Shown here in pieces: positions 39,628-49,486 of a DNA stretch of 64,000 nt. This DNA is from Cytophagales bacterium (GTDB taxonomy: Bacteria; Bacteroidota; Bacteroidia; Cytophagales; JAAEPT01), in assembly GCA_965267335.1 (NCBI GenBank), contig OZ253953.1:1282639-1346638 (forward strand), written 5' to 3'. Positions within the stretch are counted from its first letter, which is position 1. Each line of letters starts with the position of its first letter. The position numbers and the translations under genes were made by a program. The notes beneath the pieces are model-generated. The model had not been told where the DNA came from. It worked only from the letters and a program-made list of their open reading frames with translations, and made no database searches.

Positions 39628-40215
39628 ACCGCGGAGACGCAGAGTTCGCCAAGTTATTCTTTGCGTCCATTTAAATTATAGGTTTTTAATAAATCAGGAT
39701 AATCTCTCCACATCAGAATTTTCTCAGCGCTCTTTGTATCTTTAATCGTCCTCGTTTGCAACGAGGATGTTCGAAGAAAAGGTTTGTAACCTTTTTATGC
39801 ACTTTGTTAAATGGATTGTAGGGACGGCAACTCTTTGTGCCCATCTAAATTATTGGTTTTTAATAAATCGGGATGCACTCTCCATATCAGAATTTTCTCA
39901 GCGCTCTTTGCATCTTAGCGGTTATTCTTTTATTGTCTTAAATCGTCCTCGTTCGCAACGAGGATGTTCGAAGAAAAGGTTTGTAACCTTGTTATGCCCA
40001 TTGTTAAATGGGTGGTAGGGACGGCAACTCTTTGCGCCCATCTAAATTATTGGGTTTTAAAAAATCGGGATGTACTCTCCATATCAGAATTTTCTCAGCG
40101 CTCTCAGCATCTTGGCGGTTATTCTTTAATCGTCCTCGTTTGCAATCAGGGTCCGAGAAAAAGATTTTTAACCTTTACACACTTTCATTTCAATGAATGG
40201 ATATTTCCGATTATC
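39628..40215. repeat. Non-coding tandem repeat array: two full units (197 and 187 bp) plus partial or degenerate flanking copies
   Basis: The landmark aatcgtcctcgtt occurs at 39744, 39941 and 40128. The landmark cagaattttctcagcgctct occurs at 39714, 39888 and 40085. Each unit holds a conserved hairpin tcctcgtt-tgc-aacgagga. Confidence 0.9.
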
Positions 40216-40226
40216 ATGGGTTGAAA

Positions 40227-40257
40227 AACAAAAAACCCCATAGCTTTCGCTACGGGG
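40227..40257 (-). terminator. Rho-independent terminator of recA
   Basis: On the minus strand, a ccccgtagc gaaa gctatgggg stem (one G-U) is followed by ttttttgttttt, 27 nt after the recA stop. Confidence 0.8.
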
Positions 40258-40283
40258 CTTCATAAGTAGTTTGGGTGCTATTA

Positions 40284-41315
40284 TTATTTAGCTTCTTTCT
40301 CTTCGACAGGTTGAGGCTCAATACCATTTACCTTGTCTCGAATTTTCTTTTCGATCTCATCCATCAATTCAGGATTGTCATGAAGCACACCTTTCACGCT
40401 GTCACGACCCTGTCCTAATTTGTTGCCGCCATATGAAAACCATGACCCTGCTTTTTCAACAATATCAAGATCAACAGCCAGGTCAAGTACTTCGCCTACT
40501 TTGGAAATTCCTTCACCATACATGATTTCAAATTCAACTACTTTGAACGGAGGAGCAACTTTGTTTTTCACGACTTTTACTCTAACACGGTTTCCGGTAA
40601 TGCTATCCGGTCCTTCTTTGATCTGCCCGATTCTACGAATGTCAAGACGAACTGAAGCATAAAACTTCAATGCATTACCACCGGTAGTTGTTTCAGGATT
40701 ACCGAACATCACACCGATTTTCTCACGAAGCTGGTTGATGAAGATACATGAGCAACCGGTCTTGTTGATGGTACCGGTAAGTTTTCTTAGTGCCTGTGAC
40801 ATGAGCCTTGCCTGAAGACCCATTTTACTTTCACCCATCTCGCCTTCAAGTTCACCTTTAGGAACAAGAGCGGCTACAGAATCGATAACGATGATGTCGA
40901 TTGCTCCCGAGCGAATAAGGTGTTCGGCAATTTCAAGAGCCTGCTCACCATTGTCAGGTTGGGCGATCAATAAGTTTTCAGTATCAATGCCAAGCTTTTC
41001 AGCGTATGACTTGTCAAATGCGTGTTCAGCATCAATGAATGCTGCTATACCACCTTTCTTTTGTGCTTCTGCAATGCAGTGCATCGAAAGGGTGGTCTTA
41101 CCCGAAGATTCAGGTCCGTATATTTCTACAACTCTACCGCGAGGTATACCTCCGATCCCAAGAGCGATATCAAGCCCCAGTGATCCGGTAGAAATAGCCG
41201 GCATATCCATCACTTTATCGTCACTCAATTTCATGACGGCCCCTTTACCATAGGCTTTTTCTATGGTGTCGATGGTTAACTTGAGGGCTTTGAGTTTTTC
41301 AGAATTATCACTCAT
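40284..41315 (-). CDS. recA: Recombinase RecA
   Basis: 343 aa with Walker [19 protein letters not shown]-like [10 protein letters not shown], and the L1/L2 loops. Confidence 0.97.
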   Translation of the reverse strand: MSDNSEKLKALKLTIDTIEKAYGKGAVMKLSDDKVMDMPAISTGSLGLDIALGIGGIPRGRVVEIYGPESSGKTTLSMHCIAEAQKKGGIAAFIDAEHAFDKSYAEKLGIDTENLLIAQPDNGEQALEIAEHLIRSGAIDIIVIDSVAALVPKGELEGEMGESKMGLQARLMSQALRKLTGTINKTGCSCIFINQLREKIGVMFGNPETTTGGNALKFYASVRLDIRRIGQIKEGPDSITGNRVRVKVVKNKVAPPFKVVEFEIMYGEGISKVGEVLDLAVDLDIVEKAGSWFSYGGNKLGQGRDSVKGVLHDNPELMDEIEKKIRDKVNGIEPQPVEEKEAK

Positions 41316-41432
41316 TTTCTTTTCTTATTTTTAACTGCAGAGATGTAATGTGAAGTTAAGCATTCATTAAGAGATGTGCATTATTTTAATTCACGAATTA
41401 TCAACATATTAGGCCAATATTGATACTTTTTT

Positions 41433-42482
41433 ATGAAACACATCAATTGGAAAAATATTAAGCGTATTCTGGCCCTCTTTGGCTTACTCTTAGCGACTTT
41501 TTTGATCGTGTTTTTCAATGAACTGATTTATGGGATAAATCAATACCTTGGTCAGAATAACCTCATCGATAATGCAAAGTCCATAGACTTCTACCTGAAC
41601 GAAGATACGTATCCAGACTCATTAAAGGAGAGGATTAAACTGGTAAGAGAAATCAGACAGTTTGCAATCGACTCACTTGAGTTGTACAATGCCGACAACT
41701 ATAAAAAAATATACGATCAGAAAGGAGAAGATGTCTTGTGGATCATTCGTGCCTGTAAGCCTTATGAATTGCGCCCTTTTGAATGGACTTTTCCATTTGC
41801 TGGTTCTTTTCCTTACAAAGGACACTTCGATAGAGAAAAAGTTATTGCTGATTCGGCAAAATTTGCCCGCTTTGGATATGATGTGGGTATAAGACCTGTA
41901 AGAGCCTGGTCTACCCTGGGATATTTTGAAGATCCCATTCTATCAAATATGCTGTATTGGTCTGAGGGGGAGCTAGCAGAAACGATCATACACGAGATGA
42001 CACATAGTACTATTTTTGTTTATTCGGATATTGAGTACAACGAGAATCTTGCCACTTTTATAGGTGAATATGGAGCAAAAAGATTCTTATCTCAGAAGTA
42101 TGGTCAGGACTCGGATGTATTGAAGTACTATAGCGGAGACCTGCAAGACCAGAAAAAATTTATTGATCACATGCTTCATGGAGCTATGTTGCTGGACACC
42201 CTATTCAAAAGTTTTGATGAAAAAATATTAAATGCAGAGAAAGATCGTTTAAAGTATGACTTGATAGAAAAAATCGCTCTTAGTACGGATACGATCAATT
42301 TTTTAAACTCTGATGGCAGATATGTTTATAAATCTGCCGAAAATTTAAACAACACAAATTTTGCTGCGTTAATAACATATCACGCTAAGCAAAATGACTT
42401 TAGCAAAGATTTTGATGAAGTACACAAAGGCGACTTTAAAAATTATCTTGATTCATTAAAAAAAGTACACCCTCTTCATTAA
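41433..42482 (+). CDS. Putative zinc aminopeptidase (PF10023-like)
   Basis: 349 aa with an N-terminal TM helix and an HExxH motif (IIHEMTHS). The overall layout resembles the 'putative aminopeptidase' family as I recall it. Confidence 0.55.
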   Translation: MKHINWKNIKRILALFGLLLATFLIVFFNELIYGINQYLGQNNLIDNAKSIDFYLNEDTYPDSLKERIKLVREIRQFAIDSLELYNADNYKKIYDQKGEDVLWIIRACKPYELRPFEWTFPFAGSFPYKGHFDREKVIADSAKFARFGYDVGIRPVRAWSTLGYFEDPILSNMLYWSEGELAETIIHEMTHSTIFVYSDIEYNENLATFIGEYGAKRFLSQKYGQDSDVLKYYSGDLQDQKKFIDHMLHGAMLLDTLFKSFDEKILNAEKDRLKYDLIEKIALSTDTINFLNSDGRYVYKSAENLNNTNFAALITYHAKQNDFSKDFDEVHKGDFKNYLDSLKKVHPLH

Positions 42483-42537
42483 ATATTTAAATTGGTACAC
42501 CTTTTGTAATACCTTATGTAAATAATTATTAGAAATC

Positions 42538-43344
42538 ATGAAAAAGTTCACCATTATACTCATTTCGGCATTTTTTTGCCTGTCCTTCACAAAGGATAAT
42601 AGCGCCTTAAAGTATAACGTGCGTAACACAAGTTTTACTCAAGGAGAATATCTTGAATACCGACTTCACTATGGAGTTTTCAATGCAGGAGTCGGAATCG
42701 TGCAGGTCTTTCCCAAGCTCTATAGCGTCAATGGCAAGGCCTGCTATAAGCTGGATGTATCAGGAAGATCAGTAGGAGCCTTTGCTGCGATCCTCAAAGT
42801 AAAGGATACCTGGAGGTCTTATATAGATACCACTTCATTGTACCCTGAGAAAGCATATCGTGATATTACAGAAGGTAGGTACAGATTGAAAGAAACAACA
42901 CTATTTAATCAGGCCGCAGGCGCGGTGACGGTTAAGTCTCAAAAGAAGTCTAAGGACATACAAACCAAGAACTTCGAGATGCCTAAAAAGTCGTTAGACA
43001 TTGTAAGTGCATATTACTACCTGAGAAATGTGGATTACTCCAAGATGAAGGAAGGGGAAAGTGTAAGTATTAAAGTGTTTTTTGAGGATACTAACTATGA
43101 CTTGAAAGTCATTTATAAAGGAAAGGAAAAGGTAAAAGTAAGGGGTGGTAAGTTTAATTGTATTAAGTTAGTGCCTGAAATGCCCGATAACGAGCTGTTT
43201 GATGGAAGTGGTTCTGTGAGATTCTGGCTATCCGATGATGCTAACAGAGTAGCAGTAAGGGTAGAGGCCGATATGTTCGTTGGTGCGGTACAACTGGATC
43301 TTAAATCTCATAGGGGTTTGGGGCATGCACTGAACACTTATTAA
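42538..43344 (+). CDS. DUF3108 domain protein
   Basis: 268 aa with a signal peptide. GEYLEYRLHYGVFNAGVGIVQV and the C-terminal beta-rich region are typical of DUF3108. Confidence 0.65.
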   Translation: MKKFTIILISAFFCLSFTKDNSALKYNVRNTSFTQGEYLEYRLHYGVFNAGVGIVQVFPKLYSVNGKACYKLDVSGRSVGAFAAILKVKDTWRSYIDTTSLYPEKAYRDITEGRYRLKETTLFNQAAGAVTVKSQKKSKDIQTKNFEMPKKSLDIVSAYYYLRNVDYSKMKEGESVSIKVFFEDTNYDLKVIYKGKEKVKVRGGKFNCIKLVPEMPDNELFDGSGSVRFWLSDDANRVAVRVEADMFVGAVQLDLKSHRGLGHALNTY

Positions 43345-43367
43345 TATTTTAATGTTATACTGAAGTC

Positions 43368-44711
43368 GTGAAGAAAGTTCTAGCAATACTATTTTTAGGG
43401 GTCGTCCCCTTTTTGGCAGACGCAGATACGGAGGTAGTTACAGGTAAAGTGAGTAACTGTGATGATGGTGAATGGATTTATCTGTATGAGTACTTTGGTG
43501 CTGATCTGGAGGTGGTCGATTCTGCTCAGGTAAAATCAGGTGAGTTCAAACTCAAATCCAAAAAAGGATACCCTGATGGTCTGTATCAAATAGGAGCTAG
43601 TGAAACCGGTTCGGCTGCTCTTGTTCTTAAAGAGAAATCAGTTGAAGTTGAATTTGATTTTGTGGAACCGAAGGAATCTTTGAAAGTGGCGGACTCCAAG
43701 GAAAACCAGCTGTTTGAAGATTATTCCAAAGCCCTGAACGGTTATTATCAAGAATTTCAGGATATCAATTCGGCTTTCTATAAAATACAACCCTTGCAAA
43801 GGCAAAACCCGGAGTTGTACAGCGAAAAAAGTAGTGAGCTGTCACAACGTCTGGATTCCATTCATAAAGGCTTGGATGCTTATCATGCCAAACTAGTAGA
43901 GGAAAATCCTGAATCATTGATGGGGGTATTTGCCAAGGCACTACTCATTGACAAGACCACTAATCAAAGTAATTATCTAAATGCAGATGAATTCAACAAT
44001 AGTACTTTGATTCGGGGAGACGTACTGGCCAACAAGATTAACTTCTATTTTATTCGATTTATTGGTCGAATTGATCAGAACAATATTGCCAGATTGAACA
44101 ACGAAGTTTTATCGAAAAGTCCTGAAGGATCAGATGGAAGGGAAGTCGTTTACACTACTTTGATTAGAATAGCCTTCAATGTAGATAAAAATGAAGGCTG
44201 GAGATTGAGCAAGCAGTATAAAAAAGAATACCCTGATTCTCCTCACGCACTTCGGTTTTTAAAAGGTGTTCCGGCCCCTCCACCTGAAATAGGAGATACG
44301 GCACCAGATCTAAGTTTTCAGGATCCTAACGGAAAGACGATAAGCTTAAGCTCCTTAAAAGGGCAAGTAGTTTTGGTTGATTTTTGGGCTTCATGGTGTA
44401 GACCTTGCCGGGCTGAGAATCCGAATGTTGTAAGAGCATATCACAAATTCAAAGATAAAGGCTTTACGATTCTAAGTGTTTCTCTGGACAAGTCAAAGGA
44501 TCGATGGGTTGGAGCGATAGAAGCCGATGGGTTGGTATGGCCCAATCATATCTCTGACTTAAAGGGGTGGCAGTCAGCAGCAGCGCAGACCTACAGTGTG
44601 CGCGGGATTCCTTCTGCCTTTCTGATTGATAGAGAAGGTACCATAGTAGCAAAAAACCTGCGGGGAGCGGCCCTGGAGCAGGCTCTTGAAAAGCTGCTTG
44701 CCGAAGAGTAG
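43368..44711 (+). CDS. TlpA/AhpC-TSA family thiol-disulfide oxidoreductase with an N-terminal DUF4369-like domain
   Basis: 447 aa with a GTG start (MKKVLAILFLGV). The thioredoxin-fold active site is FWASWCRPCRAENP. Confidence 0.85.
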   Translation: MKKVLAILFLGVVPFLADADTEVVTGKVSNCDDGEWIYLYEYFGADLEVVDSAQVKSGEFKLKSKKGYPDGLYQIGASETGSAALVLKEKSVEVEFDFVEPKESLKVADSKENQLFEDYSKALNGYYQEFQDINSAFYKIQPLQRQNPELYSEKSSELSQRLDSIHKGLDAYHAKLVEENPESLMGVFAKALLIDKTTNQSNYLNADEFNNSTLIRGDVLANKINFYFIRFIGRIDQNNIARLNNEVLSKSPEGSDGREVVYTTLIRIAFNVDKNEGWRLSKQYKKEYPDSPHALRFLKGVPAPPPEIGDTAPDLSFQDPNGKTISLSSLKGQVVLVDFWASWCRPCRAENPNVVRAYHKFKDKGFTILSVSLDKSKDRWVGAIEADGLVWPNHISDLKGWQSAAAQTYSVRGIPSAFLIDREGTIVAKNLRGAALEQALEKLLAEE

Positions 44712-44812
44712 ATCAGCGTAGGCTTACTTTTGCATCTCTTAACCTAAAATTAACATCAAATTCTGGCTGACCTTAGAAAAAGCGATAACTTGCGTGGTTA
44801 TAAAACTAGGGT

Positions 44813-45853
44813 ATGTTTAACGCTCGTTTAATTTCACTTGCTATTTCTCTGGGAGTTGCGGTCATCTCAGTGGCATTTTTGTCATTGATAAGCACCATGA
44901 CAGCAACAGATTTATTTCTGGTTTTTGCTCTGGCCTTTATCAGTTCTTTTATTTTATTCTTCCTTACCCTTGAGCTACTGGTGTACCGGGAGTTGAGAAA
45001 GATTTTTAGAATTTTCGATCAGCTAAGCGGAAAGAAAACCACCACGACCTCACCGTCTGAGATTTCTGTAAAAAAAATTGGTAAGGAACTATCGGCATTT
45101 GCCAAGATGAAGGAGGAAGAGATTGAAACTCTAAGGAGGATCGAAAATTTCCGAAGGGAGTTTCTTGCAGATATTTCTCACGAACTTAAGACTCCGGTAT
45201 TCGCGGCACAGGGATTTATTCATACCTTAATGGATGGTGCTATTGATGATGTGAGTGTAAGGACCCGTTTTTTAAAAAAATCAGCGAAGAGTCTCGATGA
45301 CCTCAATAACCTTGTCCAGGACCTTATTACAATTTCACAGGTTGAGACCGGGGAAATCATCCTCCAGGAGGAGACCTTCGAACTGGGGACGCTGGTAAAT
45401 GAGGTTTTTGAAAAAATGGAGGTCAAAGCAGGAAACAGGAATACAGACCTAAGACTGAAAAAAGATTACAAGGGTGATGCAAGAGTCGTTGCTGACTATT
45501 TCAGAATCATGCAGGTGATCACCAATCTTGTCGATAACGCAATTAAGTACGGAAAAGATGGAGGGAGAGTGATTGTCACGCTGTCAGCAAAGAAAGACTC
45601 CGTAGAGGTAAATGTTTCTGATGATGGTCCTGGAATACCACTGGAGCATCAGCCTAAAATTTTCAGGAGATTCTATCGCGTTGATAAAAGCCGTTCCAGA
45701 GAGAAGGGGGGTACAGGTCTGGGGCTGGCAATTGTAAAGCACATTGTTGAAGCCCATAAATCAGAAATTAAGCTAAATTCCAAGGAAGGTAAAGGAACAA
45801 GGTTTACCTTTAGGCTTCCAAAGGAAAAGTCAGTTGAAAAAACCTCAGTTTAA
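44813..45853 (+). CDS. Sensor histidine kinase
   Basis: 346 aa with two N-terminal TM helices, H-box FLADISHELKTP, N-box VDNAIKY and G-boxes DDGPGIP / GGTGLGLAIV. Confidence 0.9.
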   Translation: MFNARLISLAISLGVAVISVAFLSLISTMTATDLFLVFALAFISSFILFFLTLELLVYRELRKIFRIFDQLSGKKTTTTSPSEISVKKIGKELSAFAKMKEEEIETLRRIENFRREFLADISHELKTPVFAAQGFIHTLMDGAIDDVSVRTRFLKKSAKSLDDLNNLVQDLITISQVETGEIILQEETFELGTLVNEVFEKMEVKAGNRNTDLRLKKDYKGDARVVADYFRIMQVITNLVDNAIKYGKDGGRVIVTLSAKKDSVEVNVSDDGPGIPLEHQPKIFRRFYRVDKSRSREKGGTGLGLAIVKHIVEAHKSEIKLNSKEGKGTRFTFRLPKEKSVEKTSV

Positions 45854-46550
45854 AGATTTTATTATTCACGAAGATGATGACTATGTGGTCATCAACAAGC
45901 CCCCTTTTATCTCTTCTCTAGATGACCGAGTAGACGCATGGAACATAAAAAGCCTGGCCAGGGAGTATAATGAGTCGCTTACTCTGTGTCATCGGCTCGA
46001 TAAAGAAACTTCCGGAGTGCTTGTGCTTGCCAAGGATGCTGAGTCTTATAGAAATATAGCCATCCAGTTTGAAGAACGTAAGGTTGAAAAGGAATACCAT
46101 ACTGTAGTTGGTGGGGTGCACGAAATCAGGGATACCTGGATTGATGAACCATTAGGCGAAATAAGAAGGGGCAGCGTAAGTGTCGATTACCAAAAAGGGA
46201 AACCAGCCCTTACTTATGTTACCTTATTAAAAGCATTTAGGAATTATACTGTCCTGGCATGTAAGCCAGTTACAGGTCGTACTCACCAAATACGTGCGCA
46301 CCTACGTCATATTGGTTGCCCTATTATTGGAGATAGTAGCTATGGAGGTAAGGATTTCTATTTGTCATCACTAAAAAGAAATTACAATCTGAAGAAAGAT
46401 GAAGAAGAGCGACCTTCAATACAAAGAGTAGCTTTACACGCATGGTCAATCATTTTTACCGATATGAATGGTAAAGATTTAAAGTTTGAAGCGCCCTATC
46501 CAAAAGACTTTATGGTGCTGATTAAGCTTTTGGAAAAGTACGCACGCTGA
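45834..46550 (+). CDS. RluA-family pseudouridine synthase
   Basis: 238 aa with catalytic motif HRLDKETSGVLVLAKD and HQIRAHL. The TTG start overlaps the kinase gene by 20 nt. Confidence 0.85.
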   Translation: MKKPQFKDFIIHEDDDYVVINKPPFISSLDDRVDAWNIKSLAREYNESLTLCHRLDKETSGVLVLAKDAESYRNIAIQFEERKVEKEYHTVVGGVHEIRDTWIDEPLGEIRRGSVSVDYQKGKPALTYVTLLKAFRNYTVLACKPVTGRTHQIRAHLRHIGCPIIGDSSYGGKDFYLSSLKRNYNLKKDEEERPSIQRVALHAWSIIFTDMNGKDLKFEAPYPKDFMVLIKLLEKYAR

Positions 46551-46588
46551 TTCTTGAAAATTTATTTTAAAGAATTATTGCTCATTGT

Positions 46589-46620
46589 TTTGCATTTGAA
46601 TTATGAAGCTTCTATTTTTG
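46589..46620 (+). promoter_or_regulatory. Candidate promoter of the rplM-rpsI-rpsB-tsf cluster
   Basis: TTTG (46589-46592), 20 nt, then TATTTTTG (46613-46620). The GTG start is 52 nt downstream. Confidence 0.5.
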
Positions 46621-46671
46621 TGTCCCATTTTGCAGAAGATGGGTAATTTGATTGATAAAACAGTATAGAAA

Positions 46672-47115
46672 GTGGATGCAATAAGTTATAAAACTGCAGT
46701 CGTTAATAAAGCAGGAGCTAACAAAAAATGGTTAGTGATTGACGCTGAGGGTCAGGTACTTGGGAGAATGGCAAGTGAAGTGGCCAAAAGAATAAGAGGA
46801 AAGCATAAAGCGAGTTTTACTCCTAATGCGGATTGCGGTGATTTCGTTATTGTTATCAACGCTGACAAAATCAAACTTACCGGAGAAAAGTGGGTGAAGA
46901 AGCAATATATCTCTCACTCAGGTTATCCAGGAGGTCAAAAAATTAAAACTGCTGAAGAGGTTTACAGAAAAGATCCTACAAGATTGGTAGAAGCAGCAGT
47001 AAGAGGTATGCTACCTAAGAATCGTCTTGGAAGAGCTATCTTCAAAAATCTACATGTATATAACGGTGCTGAGCATCCTCACGATGCACAAAAGCCTGAA
47101 GCAATAAAACTATAA
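46672..47115 (+). CDS. rplM: 50S ribosomal protein L13
   Basis: 147 aa, KKWLVIDAEGQVLGRMASEVAKRIRGKHK..FTP..D.GD.VIVINA. Confidence 0.95.
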   Translation: MDAISYKTAVVNKAGANKKWLVIDAEGQVLGRMASEVAKRIRGKHKASFTPNADCGDFVIVINADKIKLTGEKWVKKQYISHSGYPGGQKIKTAEEVYRKDPTRLVEAAVRGMLPKNRLGRAIFKNLHVYNGAEHPHDAQKPEAIKL

Positions 47116-47124
47116 TAACTGTTA

Positions 47125-47511
47125 ATGGAAGTTATCAACACAATTGGAAGAAGAAAAACGTCTGTGGCGAGAATTTATATGTCGTCAGGCAAGGGGCAGG
47201 TTTCTGTAAACGGTAGAGATATTAAGGAATACTTTACTACCGAAGTTCTTCAAAATATAGTTAAGTACCCACTTGAAGTTGTTGAGGAGGCTGGTAAAGT
47301 CGACCTGAATGTAAACGTATCAGGTGGAGGTTTTAAAGGTCAGGCTGAGGCTACTCGTATGGCTATCGCACGTGCACTTTGTGAGGTTAATCCGGATTAC
47401 CGTCCTGCATTGAAGCAAGAAGGACTCCTTACCAGAGACCCTCGTATGGTTGAGCGTAAGAAATACGGTAGAAGAAAAGCGAGAAGAAGATTCCAGTTCA
47501 GTAAACGTTAA
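47125..47511 (+). CDS. rpsI: 30S ribosomal protein S9
   Basis: 128 aa, GRRKTSVARI ... C-terminal KKYGRRKARRRFQFSKR. Confidence 0.95.
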   Translation: MEVINTIGRRKTSVARIYMSSGKGQVSVNGRDIKEYFTTEVLQNIVKYPLEVVEEAGKVDLNVNVSGGGFKGQAEATRMAIARALCEVNPDYRPALKQEGLLTRDPRMVERKKYGRRKARRRFQFSKR

Positions 47512-47536
47512 GATATTTTAAGGCAAAATTTGTAGA

Positions 47537-48505
47537 ATGAGCAAAAAAATTAGTCATAAAGAGTTGTTAGATGCCGGTGTACATTTCGGACACCTAACAC
47601 GTAAGTGGGATCCTAGAATGGCTCCATACATTTTCATGGAGAAAAATGGTATCCACATCATTGACCTGCACAAAACTTTACATAACCTGGAAGAAGCGAA
47701 AAGCGCTATTAAGAATATTGTGAAGTCGGGAAGAAAGGTGATGTTTGTCGCAACAAAGAAACAAGCTCAAGGTATCGTTGCTGATGAGGCGAGAAGGCTC
47801 AAAATGCCTTACGTTACTGAAAGATGGCTTGGTGGTATGTTGACTAACTTTACTACAGTAAGAAAGTCCCTTAAGAAAATGGCATCGATCGATAAGCTGA
47901 TGAAAGATGAAGCTTTTGAGAACCTTGCTAAGAGAGAGCGACTGATGAAGCATCGTGAAAAAGAAAAGCTTCAAAGAGTATTGGGAGGTATCACTGACCT
48001 TACAAGACTACCGGCAGCTCTTTTCGTAATTGATATTAAGAAAGAACACATTGCAATTGCTGAAGCACACAAGCTTAACATTCCTGTTTTTGCAATGGTT
48101 GATACGAACTCAAACCCTGATGCTGTTGATTATGCAATTCCATCAAATGATGATGCTTTCAAATCAGTTGCATTGATCACTTCTGAAATTGGAAAAGCTA
48201 TTGAAGAGGCTTTAGAAGAAAGAAAGAAGATGAAGGATGAGATGAAAGATCAGGAAGAATCTGAAGAGGCAGAAGTAGCAGAAGCAAAAAAAGCAGCAGC
48301 CAAAAAGGAAGAAAAGCCTGAGGCTAAGAAAGAAGAGAAAGATGCTGCTCCAAAGAAGGCTCCCGCAAAAAAAGTAGAGGCTAAGAAGGAAGAAAAAGCT
48401 TCAGCGGACGCTAAAGAGGAGACTGATGAAAAACCTGCTGCTAAAAAGAAAACAACTACTACGAAGGCAACTAAGAAGTCTGAAGAAGTAGCAGCTGATA
48501 AGTAA
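47537..48505 (+). CDS. rpsB: 30S ribosomal protein S2 with a ~90-aa Lys/Glu/Ala-rich C-terminal tail
   Basis: LL.AGVHFGH.TR.W.P.M..YIF is the S2 signature. 322 aa, compared with ~240-250 for a typical S2. Confidence 0.95.
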   Translation: MSKKISHKELLDAGVHFGHLTRKWDPRMAPYIFMEKNGIHIIDLHKTLHNLEEAKSAIKNIVKSGRKVMFVATKKQAQGIVADEARRLKMPYVTERWLGGMLTNFTTVRKSLKKMASIDKLMKDEAFENLAKRERLMKHREKEKLQRVLGGITDLTRLPAALFVIDIKKEHIAIAEAHKLNIPVFAMVDTNSNPDAVDYAIPSNDDAFKSVALITSEIGKAIEEALEERKKMKDEMKDQEESEEAEVAEAKKAAAKKEEKPEAKKEEKDAAPKKAPAKKVEAKKEEKASADAKEETDEKPAAKKKTTTTKATKKSEEVAADK

Positions 48506-48532
48506 TTAAGTAGAAAAATTTGATCATATGAA

Positions 48533-48569
48533 ATTGAACATCGAACCAGATTTGATGTTCAATTTTTTT
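48533..48569 (+). terminator. Intergenic hairpin plus U-tract between rpsB and tsf (terminator/attenuator)
   Basis: Perfect 10-bp stem attgaacatc / gatgttcaat followed by a T7 run. Confidence 0.7.
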
Positions 48570-48591
48570 GTATAAATAAAAAATAACGAAA

Positions 48592-49425
48592 ATGGCTATA
48601 TCTGCACAAGACGTAAATAAGCTCCGAAAAGAAACCGGAGCTGGTATGATGGATTGTAAAAAGGCGCTCGAAGAAGCTGGTGGAGATTTTGATGGAGCGA
48701 TTGACATCCTTAGAAAAAAAGGACAAAAAATATCTGCAAAACGTGCAGATAGAGAGGCTTCTGAAGGAGCTGTTTTTGTATCGACAACACCAGATAGTAC
48801 AAAAGGTATTTTAGTAGCACTTAACTGCGAAACTGACTTTGTAGCAAAGAATGATGACTTCCTTGGTCTTGGTAAGTCTATTCTTGACATTGCTACTTCA
48901 AAAACTCCTGCGAGTCACGATCAACTTCTTTCTGAAGCTATGAGTGATGGACGTTCTATCGCTGATCACCTTACCGATTTCATGGGTAAGATAGGTGAGA
49001 AAATTGAAGTAAGCTCTTACGAGGTAATGGAAGGTGAAACTGTTGTGCCTTACATTCACTCCAATGCTAAGCTTGGTGTAATGGTTGCTTTAAAAGGAGC
49101 GAATGGAGATGCTGTTACTGAAATAGGAAAAGATGTTGCTATGCAAATTGCTGCAATGAATCCTGTTGCTGTAGATAAAGACGGTGTTTCGCAGGATATT
49201 ATCGACAGAGAAATTGCGATCGGAAAAGAGCAGGCTCTTCAGGAAGGTAAGCCGGAAGATTTAGTTGAAAAAATCGCTCTAGGTAAGCTGAACAAGTTCT
49301 ACAAGGAAAACACACTTCTTAACCAGGCATTTGTGAAGGATAATAACAAAACTATCCAGCAGGTACTGAAAGAAGTGAATAATGATTTAACCGTTTCTGA
49401 GTTCAAAAGAATCTCAATCGGATAA
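48592..49425 (+). CDS. tsf: Translation elongation factor Ts
   Basis: 277 aa, V..LR..TGAGMMDCKKAL.E..GD...A...LRKKG. Confidence 0.95.
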   Translation: MAISAQDVNKLRKETGAGMMDCKKALEEAGGDFDGAIDILRKKGQKISAKRADREASEGAVFVSTTPDSTKGILVALNCETDFVAKNDDFLGLGKSILDIATSKTPASHDQLLSEAMSDGRSIADHLTDFMGKIGEKIEVSSYEVMEGETVVPYIHSNAKLGVMVALKGANGDAVTEIGKDVAMQIAAMNPVAVDKDGVSQDIIDREIAIGKEQALQEGKPEDLVEKIALGKLNKFYKENTLLNQAFVKDNNKTIQQVLKEVNNDLTVSEFKRISIG

Positions 49426-49451
49426 GTCTTATATACATCTTATTAAAAAAG

Positions 49452-49482
49452 AAAACCCTGAGAGAAGTCTCGGGGGTTTTTT
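49452..49482. terminator. Bidirectional terminator between tsf and the convergent LRR gene
   Basis: ccctgaga gaag tctcgggg stem flanked by an A-run upstream and a T-run downstream. Confidence 0.75.
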
Positions 49483-49486
49483 GTTT

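Noticed and set aside
39628-40215. A CRISPR array interpretation of the tandem repeats.
   Set aside because: The units are ~190-200 bp and directly abutting, with no unique spacers. No cas genes or leader-like arrangement are present in the window.
39767-40224. Two overlapping ORFs (83 and 86 aa, both starting MFEEKVCNL...) that suggest a duplicated small protein gene.
   Set aside because: They are generated by the 197-bp tandem repeat. The unit length is not a multiple of 3, so each ORF runs into the next unit in a different frame. About 10 of ~12 nucleotide differences between the two copies are non-synonymous, so there is no coding constraint.
41316-41432. The direct repeat agagatgt x2 and the palindrome tatcaa...ttgata upstream of recA, considered as a shared SOS box with dinB.
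   Set aside because: Neither element resembles the dinB inverted repeat (ttttactaa/ttagtaaaa). With only one instance of each I cannot support a regulatory call.
48471-48890. A minus-strand 139-aa ORF spanning the rpsB-tsf gap.
   Set aside because: It is antisense to the well-supported tsf 5' end and the rpsB tail, and it crosses the intergenic terminator. It has no recognisable motifs.
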